A stretch of 64,000 nucleotides of DNA, taken from positions 2,485,788 to 2,549,787 of the forward strand of contig NC_092676.1 of assembly GCF_964355755.1 (NCBI RefSeq), read 5' to 3'. Numbering within the stretch: position 1 is the first letter of the stretch; every line of letters starts with the position of its first letter. Shown piece by piece: positions 1 to 10,820 of the stretch. A model generated the notes under the pieces. It ran no database searches. It was given only the letters and a program-made list of their open reading frames with translations, and was not told where the DNA came from. The stretch is from Antedon mediterranea. Lineage: Eukaryota > Animalia > Echinodermata. The translations under genes were made by a program, and so were the position numbers.

Positions 1-61
1 AATATGGAAAAAGAAGAATAGTTCATTGCCCTGACCTGAAAATAGAACAGTGTGGAGACCA

Positions 62-74
62 CGCCCTCTAGTGG
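62..74 (-). promoter_or_regulatory. CTCF-like motif CCACTAGAGGGCG
   Basis: Close match to the bilaterian CTCF core consensus on the - strand. Motif match only. Confidence 0.35.
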
Positions 75-929
75 GAATTTCACAACATAAAGCCGTAATT
101 TCTTTTTGGGGCGTTGCTGAGCATGCTATGTAGACAAATGGATGGAACATTAGGAAAACGAGCCCTATTTAACGTGAGCTTTTAGTACCCCGGCTAACCC
201 GGGGTACTATAATTGCCTGTAATTGTTTTGACCCTGATCAGTCTTGTTGATGGGTAATTAACAGAACAGTGGCCATCAATCATGCAGGAAAGTATCTGGG
301 TACTAAAAGAGGCCAAGCCCACTTTGTTTGCCAACAGCCAATCACCGACAGCATCAGGTTTCAGTTACAGCATGTTTTAATGATTAGGTAATAGTTTGAT
401 TTCATGAAATAAATGAATATTTATATAATAGCCTTTTCACGCCTTATAATTATTTAAGTAAGCCTTTATTTCCATGTTTCCTTTTCGATTTTGTACATTT
501 TAACAACATTGTATGGGGAGCTACAAAGTTCAACCTTAAATTGAGTAGTCAAGCGATCAACCAATTACAATTGAATAATTTTAATTTTATTAATTTACCA
601 ATGAAATACATAGCCTACTACAAATTGATTCTGAAATAAACTGGGATGGTGCGATGGGATTTGGTAGGGATGTCAAGAGGTACACCATCACATCAGACTC
701 GGGCTGACTTATAATGTAAAACTTCCTGGTACAAATTCTAACCCCGGCTCTATGACGGTTTTCAAATGCAGTTAAAACATACCCCCAGTTCACATTACTC
801 ATGTGGTCATTGATACTAACCCCAGCAAATCACTAAGCCTCCAACCCCTCTAACCTCTGCACACTGTGATTTTTTAAAATATAGTTTAAAACCTTCCCAG
901 TACAATTGTGGTCATACAATCACAAAATA

Positions 930-1780
930 TTGTGCTACCTACATTTGAGAAAGTGTGCAATCCATTAAAAAAATTGTGCTCCTCTTTGAGAAATTGTGCA
1001 ATATGCAACATTCAGGAAATTGTGCTACCTTTTTGAGAAATAATTGTGCTAACCATTCGGGAAATTGTGCTACCTCTTTGAGAAATTGTGCTACCCATTC
1101 GGGAAATTGTGCTACCTCTTTGAGAAATTGTGCTAACCATTCGGGAAATTGTGCTACCTCTTTGAGAAATTGTGCTAACCATTCGAGAAATTGTGCTACC
1201 CATTCGGGAAATTGTGCTACCTCTTTGAGAAATTGTGCTAACCATTCGGGAAATTGTGCTACCTCTTTGAGAAATTGTGCAATCCATTTCGGAAATTGTG
1301 CTACCTCTTTGAGAAATTATGCAATCCATTCGGGAGATTTTGTGCTACCTCTTTGAGCAATTGTGCTAACCATTCGGGAAATTGTGCTACCTCTTTGAGA
1401 AATTGTGCTAGCCATTTGGGAAATTGTGCTACCTCTTTGAGAAATTGTGCTAACCATTCGGGAAATTGTGCTACCTCTTTGAGAAATTGTGCTAACCATT
1501 CGGGAAATTGTGCTACCTCTTTGAGAAATTGTGCTAACCATTTGGGAAATTGTGCTAACCATTTGGGAAATTGTGCTACCTCTTTGAGACATTGTGCTAA
1601 CCATTCGGGAAATTGTGCTACCTCTTTGAGAAATTGTGCTAACCATTCGGGAAATTGTGCTAACCATTCGGGAAATTGTGCTACCTCTTTTTTTGAGAAA
1701 TTGTGCAATCCATTCCGGAAGTTGTGCTACCTCTTTGAGAAATTGTACGTACGGTATACCTATTTGAGAAATTGTGCTAT
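930..1780. repeat. Minisatellite of two alternating 21-bp units (gaaattgtgctacctctttga / gaaattgtgctaaccattcgg), 42-bp higher-order repeat
   Basis: Directly visible tandem array with degenerate edges. Explains six overlapping repetitive ORFs. Confidence 0.97.
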
Positions 1781-1930
1781 CTTTTTCACATTTTTTCATC
1801 CCCTTCATAATCCATATTCCTATATCTTACCATGCACCAACTCATTCCAAATGTTAAAGGATACAAGATATACTGTGACGGGATTTAATATATGTGCCAA
1901 CAATACTTTATCGCATTATGCAGGTTCACA

Positions 1931-2467
1931 TTTTTAGTCGCGTGGACGCGACTCTATAGTTCACTATGTCGGTCAGTCTGTCGGTCTGTCTGTCTGTCGG
2001 TCCGGTATCACTATGCATGTTATCGCTTTCTGACCTTATCTTGATATCAGTTTAATCTAGCTAAGTCAATTTTTCACAGTATATTCCTTATGGCCAGGAA
2101 TCGATGTGGTTATGTTTTCACGGTGCGCAATAAAAAATTACGCGGTCTACGTACGATTTAACGAAATCACGTTTGTAATCAAATTTTTGCGCGCGCACTG
2201 CGCGTTAAATGTTATTGCGCACTCTTTTTGCCCGATTTCTGTTTTCTTGACTTACTTTTCAACTAGAAATTACGTTATATGAGCACGTCAAAAGTGACAG
2301 GCTACGCACGTGTAAATTAAAAAAATATAAATGTTTTTAAACATTTCAACATTTTTACACATGTTCAGTAATTTCGATCAGTATAGTTCACTATGTCGGT
2401 CTGTCTGTCGGTCGGTCCGGTATCACTATGCATTGTAGCACGCGACTTAATGGCTGTTGGCCTTGTT
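1931..2467 (+). mobile_element. DINE-1/HINE-like (Helentron-associated) non-autonomous element, internally deleted copy
   Basis: T-run start, 5' hairpin agtcgcgt-g-g-acgcgact, (GTCY)n microsatellite, 3' subterminal inverted repeat cacgcgact (2439-2447), small 3' stem-loop ggctgttggcc, T-run end. Confidence 0.8.
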
Positions 2468-2702
2468 TTTTAACGGACAGGAATTTTTTAAGAATATATA
2501 CTCTATAAAATTTCATTCAAATTAGGCCCATAATATATGTTTACATGGCAATTGTTAATTTTCAAATTAAAATAAATATATAACATGCACATACAGATTT
2601 TATTCAGTGTATTAATTACAGTATCTGATTTTTTAGTTAATCGTTAAAATAATGATATCCTGGCCTATAACAAAAATGTTCCATCTGTAACATTAACAAC
2701 CA

Positions 2703-3547
2703 TTTTTAGTCGCGTGGAAGCGACTCTATAGTTCACTATGTCGGTCGGTCGGTCTGTCTGTCTGTCTGTCGGTCTGTCTGTCGGTCTGTCTGTCGGTCTG
2801 TCTGTCTGTCTGTCGGTCCGTTATCACTATGCGTTTTATCGCTTTCTGACCTTATCTTGATATCAGTTTAATCTAGCTAGGTCAATTTTACACAGTATAT
2901 TCCTTATGGCCAGGAATCAATGTGGTTATGTTTTTACGGTGCGCAATAAAAAATTACGCGATCTACGCACGATTTAACGAAATCACGTTTGTAATCATAT
3001 CTTCACAACCATGAATCACAATTAAATAAAATTTGGTACTCATAAATTTCAGGGCATAAAATATCATCATATGGCAATACAATTACGTGCGTAGCGCATG
3101 TAACGCATGCGTACGCGCGCTTAACATTTTCAAAATTTATTTTCGATGAAATAAGAGTACATTTCAGGCAATTTTAAGCGTTTACAAAATTGCCATGAGT
3201 GCGCATATTTTTGCGCGCGCACTGCGCGTTAAATGTTATTGCGCACTCTTTTTGCCCGATTTCTGTTTTCTTGACTTACTTTTCAACTCGAAATTACGTT
3301 ATACGAGCACGTCGAAAGTGACAGGCTACGCACGTGTAAATTAAAAAAAATAAATGTTTTTAAACATTTCAACATTTTTAAACATGTTCAGTAATTTCGG
3401 TCAGTATAGTTCATTATGTCGGTCGGTCGGTCTCTCTGTCTGTCTGTCTGTCGGTCTGTCGGTCTGTCTGTCGGTCTGTCGGTCTGTCTGTCGGTCCGGT
3501 ATCACTATGCATTGTAGCACGCGACTTAATGGCTGTTGGCCTTGTTT
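2703..3547 (+). mobile_element. DINE-1/HINE-like element, longer copy of the same family
   Basis: Same architecture and near-identical sequence to 1931-2467, with about 210 bp of additional internal sequence (about 2997-3205). Confidence 0.8.
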
Positions 3548-5366
3548 AATATTTACTTAGACCTAATCTATTGATTACAATTCAGGAGTTACAAATTAAG
3601 AGTTAACATTTTTGGTATCATTACTTCACACAACTTAGACAAACAAATGTCACATTAATGTGTAATAAAAACTGAAATTATGTATTGAGAAAAACATAAA
3701 TATATATTTCCTCCATAAATGTGCATACAATTGGGGTATACTCAAGAAAAGGGGTTTATAATTGAGACATAAAGTAACTATTATATAAAATATGATTATA
3801 AAATACAGTATTTAATTGTTTGCTTATAATTTGAAATAGTATTACTGTACTCTAGGCCTATATATTTAATATTAGAGGGGTGGCAAATCCATAGAGATCA
3901 TTTTGAGATCTCAGCTGAAGAACATGAAATAGTTTATAAATATAGTTTTAATTTCAAAACAAAAGTTTTTGCTTTTCCAGCGATTTTAGTCAGGGTGCAC
4001 AAAACACACATTTTTAATTTAAACTCATCTCTACAGTTCATTCTTTGGCTCCCTGCTGTTAGATTAGAACTGACCTTGCTAACCACAAGGCCACTTGCAT
4101 TCTTTAATTTTGTGTGCAAAAAATTTACCCATGGTATAATGGTGGTTTCTAAATACAATGAGTGACCAATTCCTAAATAGGCTGTGCATTGCAGCCAATC
4201 AGAAGCAAGGAAGGCTGAGCCTGGAAGATGAACAAGGTGTTACGTGATTTATTAATTGACTAAGACATTAATGACTGGCTTTAGGCAAAAATAAACAAGT
4301 AAGATGCCAGAGGCAAAAGCTCACGCTAAATAGGGCTCGTTTTCCTAATGAGAATTAGAATTAACCTAATTGGTCAATATTATCAATAGTTTCTGTAAAC
4401 TCTTTCCCCTACCTTCCCAAAAAAAGAGAATTAGAGAAACTGGATGTTTATTGTATTTCCTATAAAAGTCAGTAAAAAAAACACATTTTATTTCTTCTTC
4501 ATATGGAAATATTGTACAGTAACTCTATAAAACATAAAAATTGGAAATTTTGTTTTCTTCTCTAAATTATACAGTTAGTTAAATTAATAGAAGATTCAAA
4601 TAAATGGTTCACTTTAACAAAAACATTGAAAGTGTTTTACAGTTTTGTTTGATAATAAATTGTTGGTTTTGCAATATTGACTCGGTCCTTGTTTCAGTAT
4701 ATAGACTCTGTCTGTTTACATTAATAAGATCGGATGCCTACTGTGTACAGAAGCCATTAAATTACAATGATACTGATCGTAACTTGCTATACTGTAATTA
4801 CGCAGAGCCTGCTTGTTGTGAAACTCGTCTAATTTGCGGGCTAGTAGTAGTAGCAGTTATAGGCTAACTGACCTTGGCAGTGACCTATTCCATATTGTGG
4901 CTAAAGGTGTTGTCCCTTCAGGCTACTACTATTAGCCTTGACAGTGACCACTTCCATATTTTATATTGTTTCCATATTGGGAGATAACGATTATTATCTT
5001 CCCGCTAGGGATTCATAAAGAGTGAGTTCGTCACACTTTTACAGTTCTGCTGCATCCACTGAATTAGAATCATGCTTGTGGCAGTTGAGAGTTTAGTAGT
5101 CTGTTAAAACATTAAACCCAGATGCTAATGTACAGTACAGGCCTATTTTGTTATTTGTGACTTCTCCTCATCCCTTCCCACTCTACTGTATCTTTGAGAA
5201 GGCTTTATCCAATGCTTCAATGATTCATGTTTGAGGGCATCTGTATGTCGACAGATCTGCGGATCAGCGCTCGCTTGAAATTATAGTACAGTATTTATAT
5301 TATAATATCTTAGTTTTAAAAATTTAATAATACTATACCAAAGTTTAAATTAATTTAGTTTTATAG

Positions 5367-5482
5367 TCTATTTTGTGCCTACCTTACCTGGATAAACTGA
5401 CAATAGCCCTTTCTCTTCGAAGAGCTAGAGATACAACTCAAAAAAGTAGAAATTTTCATTAAAGAACCCTCTCCGCAAATGG
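5367..5482 (+). repeat. Dispersed repeat of about 115 bp (also at about 34702-34813, partial at about 12849-12895)
   Basis: Shared tctattttgtgccta...ctggataaac.gacaatagcc...gaaattttcatt...caaatgg sequence. Confidence 0.75.
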
Positions 5483-6731
5483 AGTAATTATTTAGAAAAT
5501 CACCCATTTAGGTCTTCATTAAAAATAAACTGATATATATTAGATTAATTAAAATTTGATTTACAAAAGAACAAATTCTAAATATCAATTTAGAATTATC
5601 GGTTATATAACATTAATAATGTTTCCTTCTCTTTATACTAAACATTTGATTAAATTGATTTTAGTTGATAACGCAAAAACCCAAATACTTACAAATGTCC
5701 TCTGACCTTGTATATCATCCATAATGTTATGTCACACATCTCTGTGCAATGAGCCTTTTTATACAATCTGTCTAGCAGCAATAATTTGATGTTTTCTAGC
5801 CTTGGCTGTAATTTAAAGATAATGTCTATTTGCACTTTTTTTAAAGTATGTACTAAAAATCAAATTGTGTCACTTTAGAAGCAACGATGATCTTATATTT
5901 TATATTATAACCTTTAATATTTAGTTTTTCCTTTATAATTTCATCGGACAATTTTATCCTTTTCTTATAATTTATCTTCTTTACAATTTCTTCCTTCTAT
6001 TTTTTCAGTTCTCATTTCCTCGAGTTTCAGCAGAAATCCATAAAAGGTATTGTTGTCTTTACATACAGTACCACATGTAAAAATCCACACCCATTTGATT
6101 GGTTAAAACCTTGTCTATAATTATACCCATTGTCCCCTTTTAAAAAGGTGGATAAAGCATAGGATAACAATCTCCTATTCAGTCCCCTTTCCTTCCCATA
6201 TTTCTTGGATCTGCCCCTGATTTGGTTGAAGTTTCAAGTGATCATCTTAATTATACAGTACCAAGGCACCATACTCACTGTTCCCTGCTTATATCAAGTT
6301 CAGGTGTGAGCTCCTTTAGAGTATGCGCATGTTATTAATACTCTCATTGAAATGCAAGATATGTTTTTGTTAGCAAGGTCAAAATACCAGAACTTTGACT
6401 TTGTTAAACTTGATTGCTTGTGATTGCGTTTTAATTTAATTTGATCATCACTGGATATCTTGTATAATGTTAAAAGGTAATTGTAACATTCTGTATTGAA
6501 TATACTGTATTTTGGAGGTTCTGGTTCGAATCTTTAAAATATTCTCCAAAGAAAAGTTCAAGATATAACCAGTTAGCCATGATTAAGAATAAAATTATGT
6601 AATATGCAAATTTATATTTTATGTGATCTAATATTACTATACTTGTGAAACAGATATTTGGCAGGCGATGTCACATAGAAGACTGAAATCACAATAATAA
6701 TATCTTAAACTTAATTTTTTATTTAAAAAAA

Positions 6732-6910
6732 AGTGGAACCCCTATTAAAGGGACACCTTTGGGACCCAACAAAATGTTCACATAATAGAGGGGTTGGCCC
6801 CTAAATAGAGGAGTTAGCTCCTAAATAGAGGAGTTGGCTCCTATATACTGTAGAGGGGTTAGCCATAGCTTTCAGATACAATTATGTCCCCTGATTCCTT
6901 CTCTGTACTG
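6732..6910. mobile_element. Degenerate Tc1/mariner-type MITE (ccctattaa.gggacacc family) with internal 20-21 bp tandem
   Basis: Subterminal motif shared with copies at 21570-21810, 24963-25159, about 25476-25684 and about 37950-37990. Confidence 0.5.
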
Positions 6911-7422
6911 TAATACAGTTTAGCATCATTTTTCATTGCTTATAATTAAATTATAAATTGAAAATAAATTTGTTATATTGAGGGAAAGGTTATTATTATA
7001 ACCTGTGTGATGTACAAATAATAATTTATGCTTTATGGATATTGATTTTCATATGTTTGTAATATTATGCTAGTTTTACATTAGACACTAATTATATACA
7101 CTAATATATTTGATGTCTTTAAAATCAATAACATGACTGCCCTTATACAATAGTTTATTTTATTCTTAGTGTTTTATTGGCAGTAATTGCAATATATTTT
7201 CTAGTTACAAGATTGTTATTTTTTTGTTATATAAGACTCAGAGCAAAATTACAAAAATGTATGTATGTAATCATATTTTAATAGTTTAGATTTTTTAGTA
7301 TTAAAAAAAATATGTATGTATATGATGATAAAAATTAATAAATACTGCAGAAATTACAAACATTTGCTACTTTTATTTTTGCAATGAAAAGTACTGACCA
7401 TGACTGAAAATAATTCCATGTT

Positions 7423-7510
7423 CAAGTATAATCCCACCCCCAAATTCTAGTAAGATTTTAGATAAATCCATTGTTAATGTAATCCAAATATAATCCCACC
7501 CTTGATTTTC
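7423..7510 (+). repeat. Dispersed repeat with doubled tataatcccaccc motif (also about 36440-36525)
   Basis: Two similar segments, each with two agtataatcccac(c/t)c motifs around ttgttaatg.aatccaa. Confidence 0.6.
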
Positions 7511-9224
7511 CCCAAATGTTATACCCAGGCTCCCCGGCCCTAGGACCCTTACTTTTAGATAAATCTCAATAATTATTTCTATAAATTTATTGGATTCATA
7601 ATGTTATCATAAACTATGTTATATTTCAACTGAAATTCCATCAAGCATACCAGTCATAAATTTATTAATTATCAGAATAATTAATTATCATAATTAATAA
7701 CTCTCACCTGGCTGGTACATCACTGACCTTGAACTAGATACAATGTCATTGACCTCAAAGTTGTACACTAATTAATTGATGTATTCTTTGTATTGCACAA
7801 TTGACTATATAATTCACACAGGTAATGAATGGTAATGAAAAAGCTATAAAAGTGGCATAATAAATCTTAAATTAATTATTGATTTTGTATAAAGGAAATC
7901 ATTTGTACACTGTAGTGTATTCTGTGAATAGTAAACTACAGGATTTAACAATTCTAACATCATAGCATTTGGTAAGAAAATTATTAATTATATAATAATT
8001 AATGTATTGTAGATGGAGAAGTATTCTATATTTAAGCTCTCAGAGGTTTGCGAATTTTCTTTTTCCTTTTTCAGTTTTTACGTTTTATTGATATGGATGA
8101 AATATTATCCAAAATTAAAGAAATTGAATTAAATGTAGGTAATAAATGTAAGATTTTACTATTTGAGAAACCGGTTTTATTTTGAGTAAACCTTGATATG
8201 CTGCAATGTGGTCTTGTTATAACCGGTTCAAAGAAAATAGAAACAAGCCGTGTGTCGCATCATGTTATCTTTGGTACTGTTAGCATCATTTTCCTAAAAT
8301 ATCTCGTATTTTGGATGTATTTTTTAAAGTAAAGTTATAAAATAACAGAGCTTACCATTCTTTTAACAATTTTATCCTATACATTTCTAAAATCGAATTG
8401 TTTTGTTGCGATGCATTTCTCGCACTTTGCACCCAGCTGTAGAGCGGCAGCAATTTTGCACAGATGGGTTTATTGGCAAAGACATGGTTTGATACTCGGT
8501 CATTGCTCCTAGTTTTTGTTTAATGCTTTTGTTAAAAAGGTTTTTAGAATAAAGTATTGTCTATGTTGTGTCATTATACATGTTGTTTGTCTCTCGCTAT
8601 CTTACAGTATTTAGTGTGTGATGAAAATGCTTTGGATTGGTAGCCAAGCATCATAAACCAGTAAGCTATATTTTGTAGTCAAAAACTATTGACACAGATT
8701 GGTACACTGTACGTTCTGCACATTAGCTACAATAGTAAGCCAAGTCTATGACCGAGGAACAAAAAGTTCCCCATATATGAAACTAAAAGGTTCTGGCTGA
8801 TGTGAAAGTTATTTTTATTTTACTCTATGTTCTCACTCAGCTCAGATTCCAATCTGATAGCCTGATAAAAAAAAATTGGAAAAGTGGGTGTAGTGATTAA
8901 GAATAAAGTCATCCATTCATCTGGATACAGTACAAAATATAGATTGGATAGAATGTTGTTGGAAAACACACAGCCTAGAGTTTTCAATCTAGTCCAGGTT
9001 TAGCTTGAACATAGTGTAAGACTATATATTTAGGTATGGGGCTATTTAAAATCTTCATTCTACAGAAATGAATGACTGGTAAAATGAAAATAATAGAATG
9101 AAATCTTGAATAATATGTATCATTGAATTGTATCAGTCTTATAAAAACAGTGACTCAACTCACAATGTGTGTATTCAAATAGTTGTGTGTAAAGTCAACA
9201 ACAAGTGAATAAACCAACTATTCT

Positions 9225-10460
9225 CGCGTTTCAACACGCATAACTGAACTCCAACTCTAGACCAGCTTTAAAACGCGCATAACTGAACTCCAAATCTAGA
9301 CCAGTATCAACATGCTTAACAGAGACCAGTATCAACACACGCATAACTGAACTCCAACTCTAGACCAGCTTTAAAACGCGCATAACTGAACTCCAACTCT
9401 AGACCAGCTTTAAAACGCGCATAACTGAACTCCAACTCTAGACCAGCTTTAAAACGCGCATAACTGAACTCCAACTCTAGACCAGCTTTAAAACGCGCAT
9501 AACTGAACTCCAACTCTAGACCAGCTTTAAAACGCGCATAACTGAGCTCTAACCCTAGACCAGTATCAACATGCTTAACAGAGACCAGTATCAACACACG
9601 CATAAGTGAACTCCAACTCTAGACTAGCTTCAACACACGTATAACTGAACTCCAACTCTAGAACGGTATCAACATGCTTAACAGAGACCAGTATCAACAA
9701 ACGCATAACTGAACTCCAACTCTAGACCAGCTTTAAAACGCGCATAACTGAGCTCTAACTCTAGACCAGTATCAACATGCTTAACAGAGACCAGTATCAA
9801 CACACGCATAACTGAACTCCAACTCTAGACTAGCTTCAACACACGTATAACTGAGCTCTAACTCTAGACCAGCTTTAAAACGCGCATAACTGAGCTCTAA
9901 CTCTAGACCAGTATCAACATGCTTAACAGAGACCAGTATCAACACACGCATAACTGAACTCCAACTCTAAGACTAGCTTCATCACACGCATAACTGAACT
10001 CCAACTCTAGAACGGTATCAACATGCTTAACAGAGACCAGTATCAACACACGCATAACTGAACTCCAACTCTAGACTAGCTTCAACACACGCATAACTGA
10101 ACTCCGACTCTAGAACGGTATCAACACGCTTGAGACCAGTATCAACACACTCATAACTGAACTCCAACTCTAAGACTAGATTCAACACACTCATAACTGA
10201 ACTCCAACTCTAAGACTAGCTTCAACACACGCATAACTGAACTCCAACTCTAAGACTAGCTTCAACACACGCATAACTGAACTCCAACTCTAAGACTAGC
10301 TTCAACACACGTATAACTGAACTCCAACTCTAAGACTAGCTTCAACACACGCATAACTGAACTCCAACTCTAAGACTAGCTTCAACACACTCATAACTGA
10401 ACTCCAACTCTAGAACGGTATCAACAACCATAACTGAGACCGGTGTCAAAATGCGTAACA
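9225..10460. repeat. Satellite with 38-39 bp unit gcataactgaactccaactctagaccagctttaaaacgc and an interspersed ~21-bp subunit
   Basis: Directly visible tandem array. Produces the spurious repetitive ORF 9316..9603. Confidence 0.97.
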
Positions 10461-10618
10461 GAGAACGTATAGACAATTTCTTTCTTGGTTTTTTTTTTTC
10501 AGTCCAAAAGTTGGCATTTAAAATAGTTTATTTAACATATTTTGAGCATAAGCTTACCCTGGGATAAATCAAACCTATATTGTAGGATATAAACCAACTC
10601 CCAGAGATATACAGTAGA

Positions 10619-10820
10619 GTGGAGTTGTGGCTTGGTGGTTATGATGCTTGGCTACCATTCCAAGGGTCCTGGGTTCAAGTCCCGTCACATGTCAGGATTT
10701 TTTCTAAGGACCAAATTACTCCACTCCCTAAGACTTGTAATAAGACTTTGTTATCTTCTTGTGTATGATCAGCAATAGCTGGATGGATCACCCTCATTAA
10801 ATATGGTTTTTAAAAAAAAA
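10619..10820 (+). mobile_element. tRNA-derived SINE
   Basis: Pol III A box (tggcttggtgg) and B box (ggttcaagtcc) at tRNA-like spacing, unrelated body, A-rich tail. More degenerate heads at about 29920-29985, about 45215-45262 and about 47255-47322 (-). Confidence 0.7.

Larger units (their letters stand above)
148..4350. mobile_element. 4.2 kb non-autonomous TIR element of unclear superfamily, with nested repeats
   Basis: 36-bp inverted repeats CATTAGGAAAACGAGCCCTATTTA(A/G)CGTGAGCTTTT at 148-183 and 4315-4350 (1 mismatch). Flanks ggaa / agaa could be a degenerate 4-bp TSD. No transposase ORF recognised. Confidence 0.7.

Noticed and set aside
590-802. 70-aa ORF inside the TIR element as a transposase remnant
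   Set aside because: No recognisable motif, and an in-frame stop shortly upstream; cannot be supported without a search.
955-1937. Overlapping repetitive ORFs (NCATSLR/NCANHSG etc.) and a CRISPR-like appearance
   Set aside because: Products of a 21/42-bp minisatellite open in several frames on both strands. Spacers are 9 bp and non-unique, there are no cas genes, and the context is eukaryotic.
9316-9603. ORF with repeated LELEFSYARFKAG
   Set aside because: Translation of the 39-bp satellite.
10619-10695. tRNA gene
   Set aside because: A and B boxes are present, but there is no convincing cloverleaf or acceptor stem, and the sequence continues into a body and A-tail, so it is better explained as a SINE.
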